NCBI GenBank assembly: GCA_023133415.1
Contig: JAGLWM010000003.1
Span: 10,544 to 74,543 of the forward strand
Source: Candidatus Pacearchaeota archaeon
GTDB taxonomy: Archaea > Nanobdellota > Nanobdellia > Pacearchaeales > GW2011-AR1
Direction: 5' to 3'
Length of the DNA: 64,000 nucleotides
Shown here one piece after another: positions 17,367 to 26,902 of this stretch (positions are counted from its first letter, which is position 1; the number at the start of each line of letters is the position of its first letter). The notes beneath the pieces are model-generated. The model was not told the origin of the DNA. It worked only from the letters and a program-made list of their open reading frames with translations, and made no database searches. A program made the position numbers and the translations under genes.

Positions 17367-18059
17367 ATGGAACGAATCCAAAAAATCATCGCCAACTCGG
17401 GTTATTGTTCACGAAGAAAAGCCGAAGAATTAATAGAACAAGGAAAAGTAAAACTGAATAACAAAATAGCAAAACTCGGCGACAAAGCAAATCCAGAAGA
17501 CAAAATCACAATTAACGACTCCCCTCTCAAAAAATCAAACATAAAATCCTACTTCATCCTAAACAAACCAAAAGGTATCCTCGTAACAAAACACGATCCC
17601 AAAAACAGAAGAACAATTTACAATCTAAAATCAATCTCAAAAAATATCCCAACCCTAAACCATGTAGGCAGACTCGACGCAATGTCCGAAGGCCTCCTTA
17701 TCCTAACAAACGACGGCAACTTGATACAAAAACTCACTCACCCAAAACATGCCATCACAAAAACCTACCAAGTCCGAACCGAACCAATCCTCAAAAAACA
17801 AGACATCACCAATTTAAAATCAGGTATCCTCATAGACGACCGAAAATTCTACGCCACAATTTCCAACATCAAAAACAACACCTTTCATGTCTCAATCCAA
17901 GAAGGCCGAAACCGAATCATCCGCCGAGTCCTCGAAAAACTTAACTACAAAATATACCAACTCAAAAGAATCTCAATAGCAAACATAAAATTAGAAAACC
18001 TAAAGTCAGGAGAAATAAAAGAAATCTCAGAAGAAAAAATCAAGCAGTTAATTTTATAA
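17367..18059 (+). CDS. RsuA/RluB-family pseudouridine synthase with S4 domain
   Basis: IANSGYCSRRKAEELIEQGKV (S4 domain) and GRLDAMSEGLLILTNDG (catalytic Asp motif). Confidence 0.8.
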   Translation: MERIQKIIANSGYCSRRKAEELIEQGKVKLNNKIAKLGDKANPEDKITINDSPLKKSNIKSYFILNKPKGILVTKHDPKNRRTIYNLKSISKNIPTLNHVGRLDAMSEGLLILTNDGNLIQKLTHPKHAITKTYQVRTEPILKKQDITNLKSGILIDDRKFYATISNIKNNTFHVSIQEGRNRIIRRVLEKLNYKIYQLKRISIANIKLENLKSGEIKEISEEKIKQLIL

Positions 18060-18086
18060 GTTAATTCCAAGTTAATATATCACCCA

Positions 18087-18158
18087 GAGCTCGTAGTTTA
18101 ATGGATAGAATATCAGGTTTCGGCCCTGACGATGGGGGTTCGATTCCCTCCGAGCTCG
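18087..18158 (+). tRNA. tRNA-Arg (anticodon TCG)
   Basis: Hand-folded cloverleaf: acceptor GAGCTCG/CGAGCTC, anticodon stem TCAGG/CCTGA with loop TTTCGGC, T arm GGGGG-TTCGATT-CCCTC. No encoded CCA. Confidence 0.85.
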
Positions 18159-18256
18159 TAATCGAAGCCCCATGATGGGGGCGAACAATTTGCTCGAATT
18201 TTTCTGATTTCTTTTAATTCAAATTATCAGAAAAATTTTAGAGTGAATTGTGAGTA

Positions 18257-18300
18257 GATTCCCTCCGAGCTCGTAATCGAAGCCCCATGATGGGGGCGAA
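18257..18300 (+). repeat. 44-nt perfect direct repeat of the tRNA-Arg 3' end and trailer (att-like)
   Basis: 18142-18185 equals 18257-18300 (GATTCCCTCCGAGCTCGTAATCGAAGCCCCATGATGGGGGCGAA). The 71-nt spacer holds a 12-bp perfect inverted repeat at 18197-18208 / 18226-18237. Confidence 0.85.
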
Positions 18301-18422
18301 TAAAACGCTTTGAGACTAAACAATTTTATATCTTCTATTGAATAATACATCCAATAAACTTTTCGATTCTTCTAAATCAACAAAACAAAAACTTATAAAG
18401 AAAATTATATTTATAATTTATT

Positions 18423-19793
18423 ATGAAAGAAAATCATGATTTATTAAACGAAAAAGATTTAATGAATTTTGATGTTTACTTTCCTCCTTTTAGATATTGG
18501 TCAAAAAATAATTTATCGGATTCTACTCAACTAAATAATCTAATATCAAAAGAAAAAATAAATGAAGGAAATATTTACATACATTTTCCCTTCTGTCCAT
18601 TACAGTGTAAAATTTGCCCCTACCTTAAATTGACAAATGAACACATCATAGAAGTTTCAAATTTGATAATCGAAGAAATAAAATTATATGGTCAACTTTA
18701 TAAACGACAAACTAAAATTAGAAGTATACTTATTGGAGGAGGAACACCCAATTTTATACCAGAAATATTTTTTGAAAAAATGTTAACTTCTCTTAAAAAT
18801 AATTTTATGTTAGAAGATATGAAACAATTTGCTATAGAATTAAGACCCGGAATAGAATATAAAAAACATATTGAAATTTTATTGAAATTTTTTAAACCCG
18901 GAATTCTACATATTAGCTTAGGATTACAATCTTCCTACAGCGAAAAAATTAAACTCTGGAGAAAACCCGCAAAAGGGAAAGGGTTATACTATTCAAAAGA
19001 AGATATAGAAAAAATGATATTATTTCTCCATGAAAAAGAAATAAAAAATATAAATATAGATTTCATGGTTGAAAATACAAATGCATTTTTAGAAGAAAAA
19101 AATTATATAAAAAAATTGATAAAAAAATTTAATATTAATAAAATTTCGATATATACCATCTATTCAAAATTTATGGGAAGAAAATATACAAAAGAGGTTT
19201 CTCAATGGAATTTTAAAGAAGTAATTGATCTTAGAAAAGAAGAATTAAAAATTTTTAAATCATTGAATTTTAATCCCCTAATTTGGCCAATATACTTTGT
19301 CAAAAAAGGATTTAAAGCCAATCTTGAATCTTTAACTCAATTTGAAGGCAAAACACTATTTGCTATTGGACCAAGTGCAAGAGGAACGATTAGAACGAAC
19401 AATTTATTTTTAATATATGAAAACTCTAAAAATCTTACAAAATACAAAAAAAATATTTTAAATAATGAATTTCCTATTTCTTTACTTTATGAATATCCAA
19501 AAAATATTGACAAAAAAATAAGCGATAATTTAAGAGAAATATATACAAACTATAAAGAAGGCTTTTCCAGAGATGCAATAAAAGAAATTATGAAACTTGC
19601 CAAATTAGGACAGCAAGATGAGATATTAAAAAAGATACTAAAAAATTACTTTAAACAAAAACATAATAAACTGTATTTAAATACAAAAGGTCTTTATTTA
19701 ATAGATGCTGTTTATTGGGCATTATGGAAAACAATAGAAAAAGGTTTTGATATTAAAAATAAAAAATTTATCAAAATTTCCAAACTAAATTAA
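18423..19793 (+). CDS. HemN/HemW-like radical SAM protein
   Basis: HFPFCPLQCKICPY (CX3CX2C) and IGGGTPN motifs. Low-GC island composition. Confidence 0.75.
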   Translation: MKENHDLLNEKDLMNFDVYFPPFRYWSKNNLSDSTQLNNLISKEKINEGNIYIHFPFCPLQCKICPYLKLTNEHIIEVSNLIIEEIKLYGQLYKRQTKIRSILIGGGTPNFIPEIFFEKMLTSLKNNFMLEDMKQFAIELRPGIEYKKHIEILLKFFKPGILHISLGLQSSYSEKIKLWRKPAKGKGLYYSKEDIEKMILFLHEKEIKNINIDFMVENTNAFLEEKNYIKKLIKKFNINKISIYTIYSKFMGRKYTKEVSQWNFKEVIDLRKEELKIFKSLNFNPLIWPIYFVKKGFKANLESLTQFEGKTLFAIGPSARGTIRTNNLFLIYENSKNLTKYKKNILNNEFPISLLYEYPKNIDKKISDNLREIYTNYKEGFSRDAIKEIMKLAKLGQQDEILKKILKNYFKQKHNKLYLNTKGLYLIDAVYWALWKTIEKGFDIKNKKFIKISKLN

Positions 19794-19891
19794 TAATTAT
19801 TTTTAATCTTCCCCAAAAATCCTATCCATAACCGCACCGTTCCCCCGTTCCCAAACACTGCTGATAGATCGTTGAACCACCCAAGAATCAA

Positions 19892-21211
19892 TCAAGGATA
19901 AAAATATCTTTCTATCATATCTGCACAAATCCAACCCTCGTCAGTCAATTTTAATTTGTTTCTCTCTTTAGATTCCACGAAACCTAGTTTTCTAATTTTT
20001 GTCAACTTTCCTTCCACTTCTACAGTTAAATTACCAAATCTTTTTTGATATTCTTTAATATCAAGTTTTCCTTTTTGAGTTAAATTTTGGATAAGACATC
20101 TTGCTTCATTATCTCTCTTAGAAAGTTTAAATTGTTTTTCACCAGGGATTTTTTTACTTTCTACCGCCAAAGAATATTTAATTAATCCCTGTTTATTTTT
20201 AAAAAGATAATCTCCAATTTGAGATACTGCAGAAGAACCAAAACCAAGAACAAAACCTTTTCTCTGATTATTTCTTTGATCTGAAGTTGGTGCAGATTTA
20301 TATTTTTTAGACTTTGCCAAATAGTCTTTTTTAACAAAATGCAGGGGTCGAGTTTGACTATATCTTGCATCGATTAAGAAATCTCTTGCATTGGCAAACA
20401 TAGAAAGTTGTTTTTCTAAATCATTTTCATAATCTCTTAAATGAGCCGAGGGGTTAATTCTAAGATGATACAATGTAAATTCGGGAACTCCCTTCCTAAC
20501 CAATGTTCTCACATCACTCAAAAAAGAACTTTCCGTTTGGCTTGGAAGACCATATATTAAATCCATATTAAAAATAGCAATTCCAGACTCCCTCAATCGT
20601 TTAATTGCATCAAGTGATTGTTGAGAAGAATGTGCTCTACCTAATTTTTTTAATAACCTATCTTCCAAAGTTTGTGCTCCCATACTTATTCTATTAACGC
20701 CTTTTTGTAATAACAATTCAACTTTTTCAGCAGTACATGTTTCAGGACTAGTTTCAACAGTAAATGATCCCTCATTCTGTAATGGGAAACTTTGAGATAC
20801 ATAATCAATTAGTTCTCCCAGCAAATTTTTATTCAATCTTGTGGGTGTTCCACCCCCAAAATAGATACTTGCTCCGCAAGAAACCGAAGAAGATATCTTA
20901 TCCGTTCGCAAATCCATTTCTTTTTTTAAATTATCAGTATACCTTTTTTGTTCTTCAACCGATTTTCCAACATTTGTATCATAAAAACAATATGAACATC
21001 CAGAACTACAAAAAGGAATATGAACATAAATTTGAGGATAGCTTTTTGGAACATTCAACAAATTTTGATCATAGTCTTTTTTTCTAAACCTATCCCATTT
21101 TGACAGTATAGAAAGAGGATATGTATTAGCTACTTCTCCTTCAGTCATTGGTCTGGCTAATTGATTAATCTTCAATTTCTCAACCAAATTTTTCATATTT
21201 GTCGTTTTCAT
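19892..21211 (-). CDS. HemN-like radical SAM protein
   Basis: HIPFCSSGCSYC, YFGGGTPT, NRISMGAQT and NMDLIYGLP motifs. Confidence 0.8.
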   Translation of the reverse strand: MKTTNMKNLVEKLKINQLARPMTEGEVANTYPLSILSKWDRFRKKDYDQNLLNVPKSYPQIYVHIPFCSSGCSYCFYDTNVGKSVEEQKRYTDNLKKEMDLRTDKISSSVSCGASIYFGGGTPTRLNKNLLGELIDYVSQSFPLQNEGSFTVETSPETCTAEKVELLLQKGVNRISMGAQTLEDRLLKKLGRAHSSQQSLDAIKRLRESGIAIFNMDLIYGLPSQTESSFLSDVRTLVRKGVPEFTLYHLRINPSAHLRDYENDLEKQLSMFANARDFLIDARYSQTRPLHFVKKDYLAKSKKYKSAPTSDQRNNQRKGFVLGFGSSAVSQIGDYLFKNKQGLIKYSLAVESKKIPGEKQFKLSKRDNEARCLIQNLTQKGKLDIKEYQKRFGNLTVEVEGKLTKIRKLGFVESKERNKLKLTDEGWICADMIERYFYP

Positions 21212-22125
21212 TTTTCATCCTTTTCACAAACAAAAACCTTATTTCTCCAAATGTAAGGGTTGCCAAATGTTATTTTTATTTCCCCAGTATTTAGATCTTG
21301 AACTTGTCGCAATCTAGAAAGAAATTCAATATCTGTGATCGAGGAATTTGGTTTTGTCAAAAAATTATTTTCAGTTCCAATTAATTCAATTTGATTAATA
21401 TTTGCATTAGAAAGCTTCCATTTTTCTTTGGACATACCCAAAGTTATTTCCTCATAATAATTTTCAGAAGAAAGAATTCTTAATCCATTATTTTTCAACA
21501 TTTTCTCCAATTCTTTATCATGGACAACATATTTTTTATGAAATTTTTTTCCCTTTGAAATACTTTTTTCTATCTCATTTAGTATTTTAGATTTATATTC
21601 TGCTTGAAAAGGAGTCTGTTCACAAAGAGCTCCTAATACTAAAATTCCATTTTCAACTAAATAATTTGGAAGTTTTGATATTACTTCTTCATTTTCTTTT
21701 GCGTTAAAACAATGGAGAACTTTTCTCATTGAAGCAATATCATATTTTTCAGAGATCCCCATAAGAACATCGTGCTTTAAGAAACGAATCAGTTTATTCG
21801 GAATTTTTAATTTTTCAGATTCTGCTGCGACTCCCTCTAATTGTCTCGGATTAATGTCATAAACATCTAATTTGCCCTCTATCCCCAAATCCATAACTGT
21901 TCTAAGCAATGCGCATCCTACAATCCCGGAACCACCTCCGATATCCACTATTTTATATCTTTTTCTTCGATTTTGTTGGACAAATCTTCTAATCGGGTTT
22001 TGGTAATATCTTAAGTTTTGGTAATATGCACCTCCTAAAGTTTTACCAAACTCTGCCCCAGCTATTCTTTCGTGTCTTAATGTTGTCGATTCTTGTTCGC
22101 TTTTCATTTTATTAATTGTTCTCAC
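21208..22125 (-). CDS. Class I SAM-dependent methyltransferase
   Basis: Motif I IVDIGGGSGIVG. Overlaps the downstream HemN-like gene by 4 nt. Confidence 0.75.
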   Translation of the reverse strand: MRTINKMKSEQESTTLRHERIAGAEFGKTLGGAYYQNLRYYQNPIRRFVQQNRRKRYKIVDIGGGSGIVGCALLRTVMDLGIEGKLDVYDINPRQLEGVAAESEKLKIPNKLIRFLKHDVLMGISEKYDIASMRKVLHCFNAKENEEVISKLPNYLVENGILVLGALCEQTPFQAEYKSKILNEIEKSISKGKKFHKKYVVHDKELEKMLKNNGLRILSSENYYEEITLGMSKEKWKLSNANINQIELIGTENNFLTKPNSSITDIEFLSRLRQVQDLNTGEIKITFGNPYIWRNKVFVCEKDEK

Positions 22126-22210
22126 TTAATAGTAACTAAGCGTACAATATTTAAAGAATATGTGTCTATAAATAGACAACTTTATAAAGAACACAATTGT
22201 CCTATTACTT

Positions 22211-22924
22211 ATGGACAAAGAATCACTTACTAAAATTGGATTAACAAAGGCAGAATCAATTATTTATCTCTCTTTACTCAAGCTTGGAGATGTTCCTGTA
22301 AAAGATTTATCAAAGGATACAGGATTTCATAGAACCAATATTTACGACATACTGGAGCAACTCAAAGAAAAAGGACTAGTTAGTTTTTCTAAGCAAGGGA
22401 AAATTCTTTATTACAAAACTACTGACCCAAAGAATCTTCTTAATCTATTGGAAGAGAAAAAAGAAATTTTAATAAATTTAATGCCGGATTTAGATAAACT
22501 AAATAATATTAATAGAAAGAAAATAAATGTTTCAATTTTTAAAGGAAAAGAAGGAATGAAATCTGTCTTTAATGACATAAGAAGAGAAAAGGGAGAAATT
22601 TTTGGATTAGGAATCAAGGGTCAATTAAGAGATCGGCTTCCAATCTATGCTAAACAATTTTTAAGAGATTTGAAATTATCCAAGAGAAAATATTACGGAC
22701 TTTATGATAAAAAAGAAAATATCTCCCCCATTTTTACCGAAATTAGAATTCTTCCAAAGAATGTTTCAATACCCGTCGCCACACATATTTATTCTAACAA
22801 AGTTTTAATAACAATTTGGGAACCCGACCTAATTGCTATTCTTATTGAAGCCAATAAAGTAGCAGAAACTTATAAGTCGCATTTTAATCTCCTGTGGAAT
22901 ATTTCAAGAACAGTCAAACAATGA
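22211..22924 (+). CDS. TrmB-family transcriptional regulator
   Basis: IGLTKAESIIYLSLLKLGDVPVKDLSKDTGFHRTNIYDILEQLKEKGLV. Divergent from the methyltransferase operon. Confidence 0.8.
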   Translation: MDKESLTKIGLTKAESIIYLSLLKLGDVPVKDLSKDTGFHRTNIYDILEQLKEKGLVSFSKQGKILYYKTTDPKNLLNLLEEKKEILINLMPDLDKLNNINRKKINVSIFKGKEGMKSVFNDIRREKGEIFGLGIKGQLRDRLPIYAKQFLRDLKLSKRKYYGLYDKKENISPIFTEIRILPKNVSIPVATHIYSNKVLITIWEPDLIAILIEANKVAETYKSHFNLLWNISRTVKQ

Positions 22925-22961
22925 TTTTTTAAAAAAAGATTATTTCAAATAAAACTCCCCC

Positions 22962-24383
22962 TCACTCCCCAAACACCCTATCCAAAACCGCCCCTCTCTT
23001 CTCCGCCCCCAAACATTTCTGACAAACCTTCGACCCATCCAACGCCTCACCAAAATATTTCGCACTCGCTGACCCATGACATCTCAAACACGCCCTCAAA
23101 CAATTCACACATCGTTCCTCCCCAGAAACACAATCTTTTCTCATATGGTCTTTACAAACATATTTCCCACATCCAAAACACATTATAGAACAATCTTTAC
23201 AAAGCAATTTCCCACAAGCCGAGCAACTTCGCTTCAAACATTTCTTACAAAATATCTCTCCGCACTCTCCACATCTTACCAAGCAACGCTCACAATTAAT
23301 ATGTCCCGCCGAACACAAATTCAAATTAACAATCTCGCGACCACACGATTCACAAACCAACTTATTCAAAGTTTTAGTCAACGGATCATAACTCATCTTA
23401 ACAAGCCTCCCCGCTCCCCCTCCGACCACCGACCTCCGACCACCGACCTCCGATTTTAAATGTAAATTAAAACTAAATACAGGATAATAAATCACCGTCA
23501 TATTAACCAACTTGTTATCAATATTCAAACTATATTTATGCATCACATCCTTAATCGTAAACTCCTGCTCTTTCAAAATCTTATTCCTCGAATCATCATC
23601 CCCAATCTTAACAAGACCCTTCCTCAACCTATCCAACCTCGCTCCCAAAACCTTTTTCTCTTCACCATCCGCCATCCTCAAAACCAATTCAACCTCACGC
23701 ATTTTCTCAATAGCCCCAGACAAATCCCCTCCAAGCTCACTCATCAAATTCCCGTAATGCCCCCTAATTCTCCCAATTTCCCCTTCCATCTTCGCTCCCA
23801 AGGCCTCACCAATCTCCGTCGTCCTCCCCTCCAACATTCCCCTTAACGCCTCCCGCGCAACATCATAACTCTTCTCCATATGCTTACTCGAAACCTCAGC
23901 CCCTTTTCCCTCAACAACACTATAACCCGACAAATCTCCCTCAACAATTTTCCCATCATGAATATAAATCTCATTCACAACCTGTTCCGACTCATTCAAA
24001 TACTGAAACGTCGTCATAAAAGTAAACCGCGAAAAAAAGTTATTCTTATGTTTCTTCACTATATTGTCAATCTCACAATTCTTAAAACTAATCACCTTCT
24101 TTATCTCCTTAATCGGATTAACATCAAAATCAATCTTCAGCAAAGTCGTTTTTCCAACTCCCTTTAAAAACTTCGTCATCGCTGCCAACAATACACTCCC
24201 TCTCCCAACAAATTCTGCCCCACTGCTCTGACCAGAAAAACTTAAACGATAGGGCGCAACTTTTCCATACAAATCCTCAAAATTTTTCGGAACACTTTCC
24301 ACTACTAAAACATCACCATCTTTGAAAATATTACATTTCAAATTCTCAAAAAACTCAATCGTAAACTTCTCAATTTGTTCCAT
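22962..24383 (-). CDS. CxxC-rich multi-zinc-ribbon protein, last gene of the SNF2 unit
   Basis: The C-terminal ~110 aa contain at least 10 CxxC pairs (CESCG, CERCLVRCGECG, CKKCLKRSCSACG, CKDCSIMCFGCG, CVNCLRACLRCHG, CQKCLG). I do not recognise the N-terminal domain. Confidence 0.6.
   Translation of the reverse strand: MEQIEKFTIEFFENLKCNIFKDGDVLVVESVPKNFEDLYGKVAPYRLSFSGQSSGAEFVGRGSVLLAAMTKFLKGVGKTTLLKIDFDVNPIKEIKKVISFKNCEIDNIVKKHKNNFFSRFTFMTTFQYLNESEQVVNEIYIHDGKIVEGDLSGYSVVEGKGAEVSSKHMEKSYDVAREALRGMLEGRTTEIGEALGAKMEGEIGRIRGHYGNLMSELGGDLSGAIEKMREVELVLRMADGEEKKVLGARLDRLRKGLVKIGDDDSRNKILKEQEFTIKDVMHKYSLNIDNKLVNMTVIYYPVFSFNLHLKSEVGGRRSVVGGGAGRLVKMSYDPLTKTLNKLVCESCGREIVNLNLCSAGHINCERCLVRCGECGEIFCKKCLKRSCSACGKLLCKDCSIMCFGCGKYVCKDHMRKDCVSGEERCVNCLRACLRCHGSASAKYFGEALDGSKVCQKCLGAEKRGAVLDRVFGE
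23409..23455. repeat. Heptanucleotide tract (CGACCAC/CGACCTC) in frame in the zinc-ribbon gene
   Basis: Units at 23423, 23430, 23437 and 23444, with degenerate flanks. Encodes SEVGGRRSVVGGGAGR. Confidence 0.75.
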
Positions 24384-24473
24384 TAAAAATAATCAAAAAG
24401 AGGGTTTAAAGGAATTATTGTAATAAAAACTAGATAATTATACAAATTAAATTCAAACCTTAAAAATTCCTTA

Positions 24474-24944
24474 TTATTCTAACGAAGACAATCCTCTTGC
24501 CTTCCTATATAAATTAACCACATTAATTCCCTTTTTCGTTAATCCCTTATTCAAAATTCCGCCACCAGCAGATTCCCCACTTCTAAAATATTCCGAAAGC
24601 CCAAACTGCACATCCGGGGTCTTTACCTCTTCCCCATAAATAGTCGCTCCCATACCTCTATTTCTCTTACTATTTAACTCTCTAATCATATCAGAAACTT
24701 CAACATAAAGCCCATCTTCAAAAAACTCTTGCTTAACAGCATCAAACCCCTTTTCTTCCATTTCTTCTATCATACACCCCAAATTTTCCTTAAATTGTTT
24801 ATCAATAACCGAAGAAAATATCCCAGATAAAACTTCATAATTTGAACTAATCAAATCGCAGAAACAAGAAACTACTTTCTTGTCACTATTTCTCTCATCA
24901 TCAATCATCAAATATCTTCTTTTAAGAACGTCCTCTATCGCCAT
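24474..24944 (-). CDS. Hypothetical protein (middle gene of the SNF2 unit)
   Basis: ORF only, same strand and backbone composition as its neighbours. Confidence 0.5.
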   Translation of the reverse strand: MAIEDVLKRRYLMIDDERNSDKKVVSCFCDLISSNYEVLSGIFSSVIDKQFKENLGCMIEEMEEKGFDAVKQEFFEDGLYVEVSDMIRELNSKRNRGMGATIYGEEVKTPDVQFGLSEYFRSGESAGGGILNKGLTKKGINVVNLYRKARGLSSLE

Positions 24945-25016
24945 AAACGAATGAGCAACTTATTATTTTTAAATATTGTGCAACTCAATCATACAAATCA
25001 AATCCAAACCTCAAAA

Positions 25017-26810
25017 TTAATCCTTATCCAAAAAATTACTATTCAATTCCTTCTCTCCCTCATACTCCTCCATCCCCCTCGAAATCTCCTCCGCAATCTC
25101 CCCAACACCTCTCGCAAAAAAATCCAAATTCCCCTTCCCCTCAATAAACGACGCCATCAACTTCTCTTCAATCTTATTCCTCCCACTCTTCCCCTCCCCA
25201 TCCAACCCAAGATTAAACAAAATAATCGGCAACTCCCCAATCACCAAACCAACGCAACACATCTTATTAATAATCAAATCAACGACGTGCTCCTCCATCG
25301 TCCCCTTCGTCGCAAATGAATAAATATACATATCCCTCTCCTGCCCAATCCTATCCAACCTCCCAATCCTCTGCTCAACTGACATCGGATTCCACGGCAA
25401 ATCATAATTAATTAAATTCCGACAAAACTGAAAATTCAACCCCTCCGCCCCCGTATCCGTCGAAATCAAAATATCCGCGTCGCCTCTCTTAAAACTCTCA
25501 ATCCTCCGTGACTTCTCCTCACGATCAAACCCTCCCATAAACTCAATAATCCTAAGCTTTTCTTCCGACTCATGTAATTTCTCAACAATATATTTCAACG
25601 TCGTCGGATGTCGCGTATAAATCAAAATCTTCTCATCAGCACTTCTGGCCCGAATTTCCTTAACCAAAGAAACCAACTTCTCAATTTTCGAATCCCTATC
25701 TAACTTCACATAATCATCCAAAATTCCCTGCGCAAAATCTTTAGTCCCGTCACTATAAACTTCACTTTCAACAATCTTCGTCAAACTCTCAACCGCACTT
25801 CGACTCGAACTCGTCACCTTCGGCAAAATCGCAAACACAATCAACGCTCCATTAATCTCGCTCCCGTCCTTCCTAAAATAATTCTCCCTCAACAACCTAA
25901 CCGTATTCTCATAAATCTTCTTCTCCTGCTCACTCATCTCAACCGTCACAATCTTAGGAATACGCGCCCTATACTCAATCCCAGTCTCATCCCGCCGCCT
26001 CCGAACCATCACTTCCTCCAACTTAGCCTTCAACTCCGCCGGATTCAGCGGATGCCTTTTATTCCCACGAAACAAAAACTTCTTCCGAAACTCCTTCATC
26101 GTCCCAAGATGCCCCCTCTTTAAAATATGCAACAAATTATACAACTCCAACAAATCATTCTGAAACGGCGTCGCAGTCAACAACAAAAACCTCTTCTTCC
26201 TCAACCTATCGACAAACTTCCACCTCACCGTATTCCGCTCCTTCAACTTATGCGCCTCATCGACAATCACCAAATCCCAAGACACGCCGTGCGCCGCCCC
26301 ATGACGAAACCTCTGAATCTTCCTATCAAAAATCTTCACCCTATCAATCGACGCCACAACAAAATCATACCTCTCCCAATCCTCAACCGATTCAACAATA
26401 TGAAAATCCAACTCAAACTTATCCATCATCTCTTGCCTCCACTGATCAACCAAACTCGGCGGTGCCAAAATCACAACCTTCTTCAAAAAACCCCGAACCA
26501 CACCCTCCTTAATCACCATCCCAGTCGTAATCGTCTTCCCCAACCCAACCTCATCCGCCAACAACGCAGTCGCATTCAAATCCCGCAACAACTTCAACGC
26601 ACCCTCACGCTGATAAGGCAAATCATAAGTCAAATTCTTTTCAACCATCCCATATGAAATCAACTCATCAATCTCAGAATCCGAAACAATCTCCTTTGCA
26701 TCCATCTGCAACTTAAACAACTCCGACGAATCAAAACTCCCACTCTCAATATCCCCAAATAACTCACCCGCATCATCCTCAAAACTCTCATTAACTATTA
26801 TCTCTGCCAT
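25017..26810 (-). CDS. SNF2-family helicase/ATPase
   Basis: LADEVGLGKT, VIVDEAHKLK, LLLTATPFQN, STDTGAEGLNFQ and QRIGRLDRIGQ motifs. Start moved to MAEIIVN. Confidence 0.85.
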   Translation of the reverse strand: MAEIIVNESFEDDAGELFGDIESGSFDSSELFKLQMDAKEIVSDSEIDELISYGMVEKNLTYDLPYQREGALKLLRDLNATALLADEVGLGKTITTGMVIKEGVVRGFLKKVVILAPPSLVDQWRQEMMDKFELDFHIVESVEDWERYDFVVASIDRVKIFDRKIQRFRHGAAHGVSWDLVIVDEAHKLKERNTVRWKFVDRLRKKRFLLLTATPFQNDLLELYNLLHILKRGHLGTMKEFRKKFLFRGNKRHPLNPAELKAKLEEVMVRRRRDETGIEYRARIPKIVTVEMSEQEKKIYENTVRLLRENYFRKDGSEINGALIVFAILPKVTSSSRSAVESLTKIVESEVYSDGTKDFAQGILDDYVKLDRDSKIEKLVSLVKEIRARSADEKILIYTRHPTTLKYIVEKLHESEEKLRIIEFMGGFDREEKSRRIESFKRGDADILISTDTGAEGLNFQFCRNLINYDLPWNPMSVEQRIGRLDRIGQERDMYIYSFATKGTMEEHVVDLIINKMCCVGLVIGELPIILFNLGLDGEGKSGRNKIEEKLMASFIEGKGNLDFFARGVGEIAEEISRGMEEYEGEKELNSNFLDKD

Positions 26811-26902
26811 CTTCACAATCAAATCAAAAACCCAGCTCTTTAAGAATATTCTTATCCCAAAACAATTAAAAACAAAATCCCCCAAATAAATTAGGTGACA
26901 AA

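Noticed and set aside
18186-18256. The interval between the two 44-nt tRNA-derived repeats as an integrated element.
   Set aside because: It is only 71 nt with no coding capacity, so at most a scar or miniature remnant. It is reported as an att-like duplication instead.
18423-21211. The HemN-like genes as evidence for heme biosynthesis.
   Set aside because: No other tetrapyrrole genes are visible. The family includes non-heme radical SAM enzymes and HemW chaperones. I kept only the generic family call.
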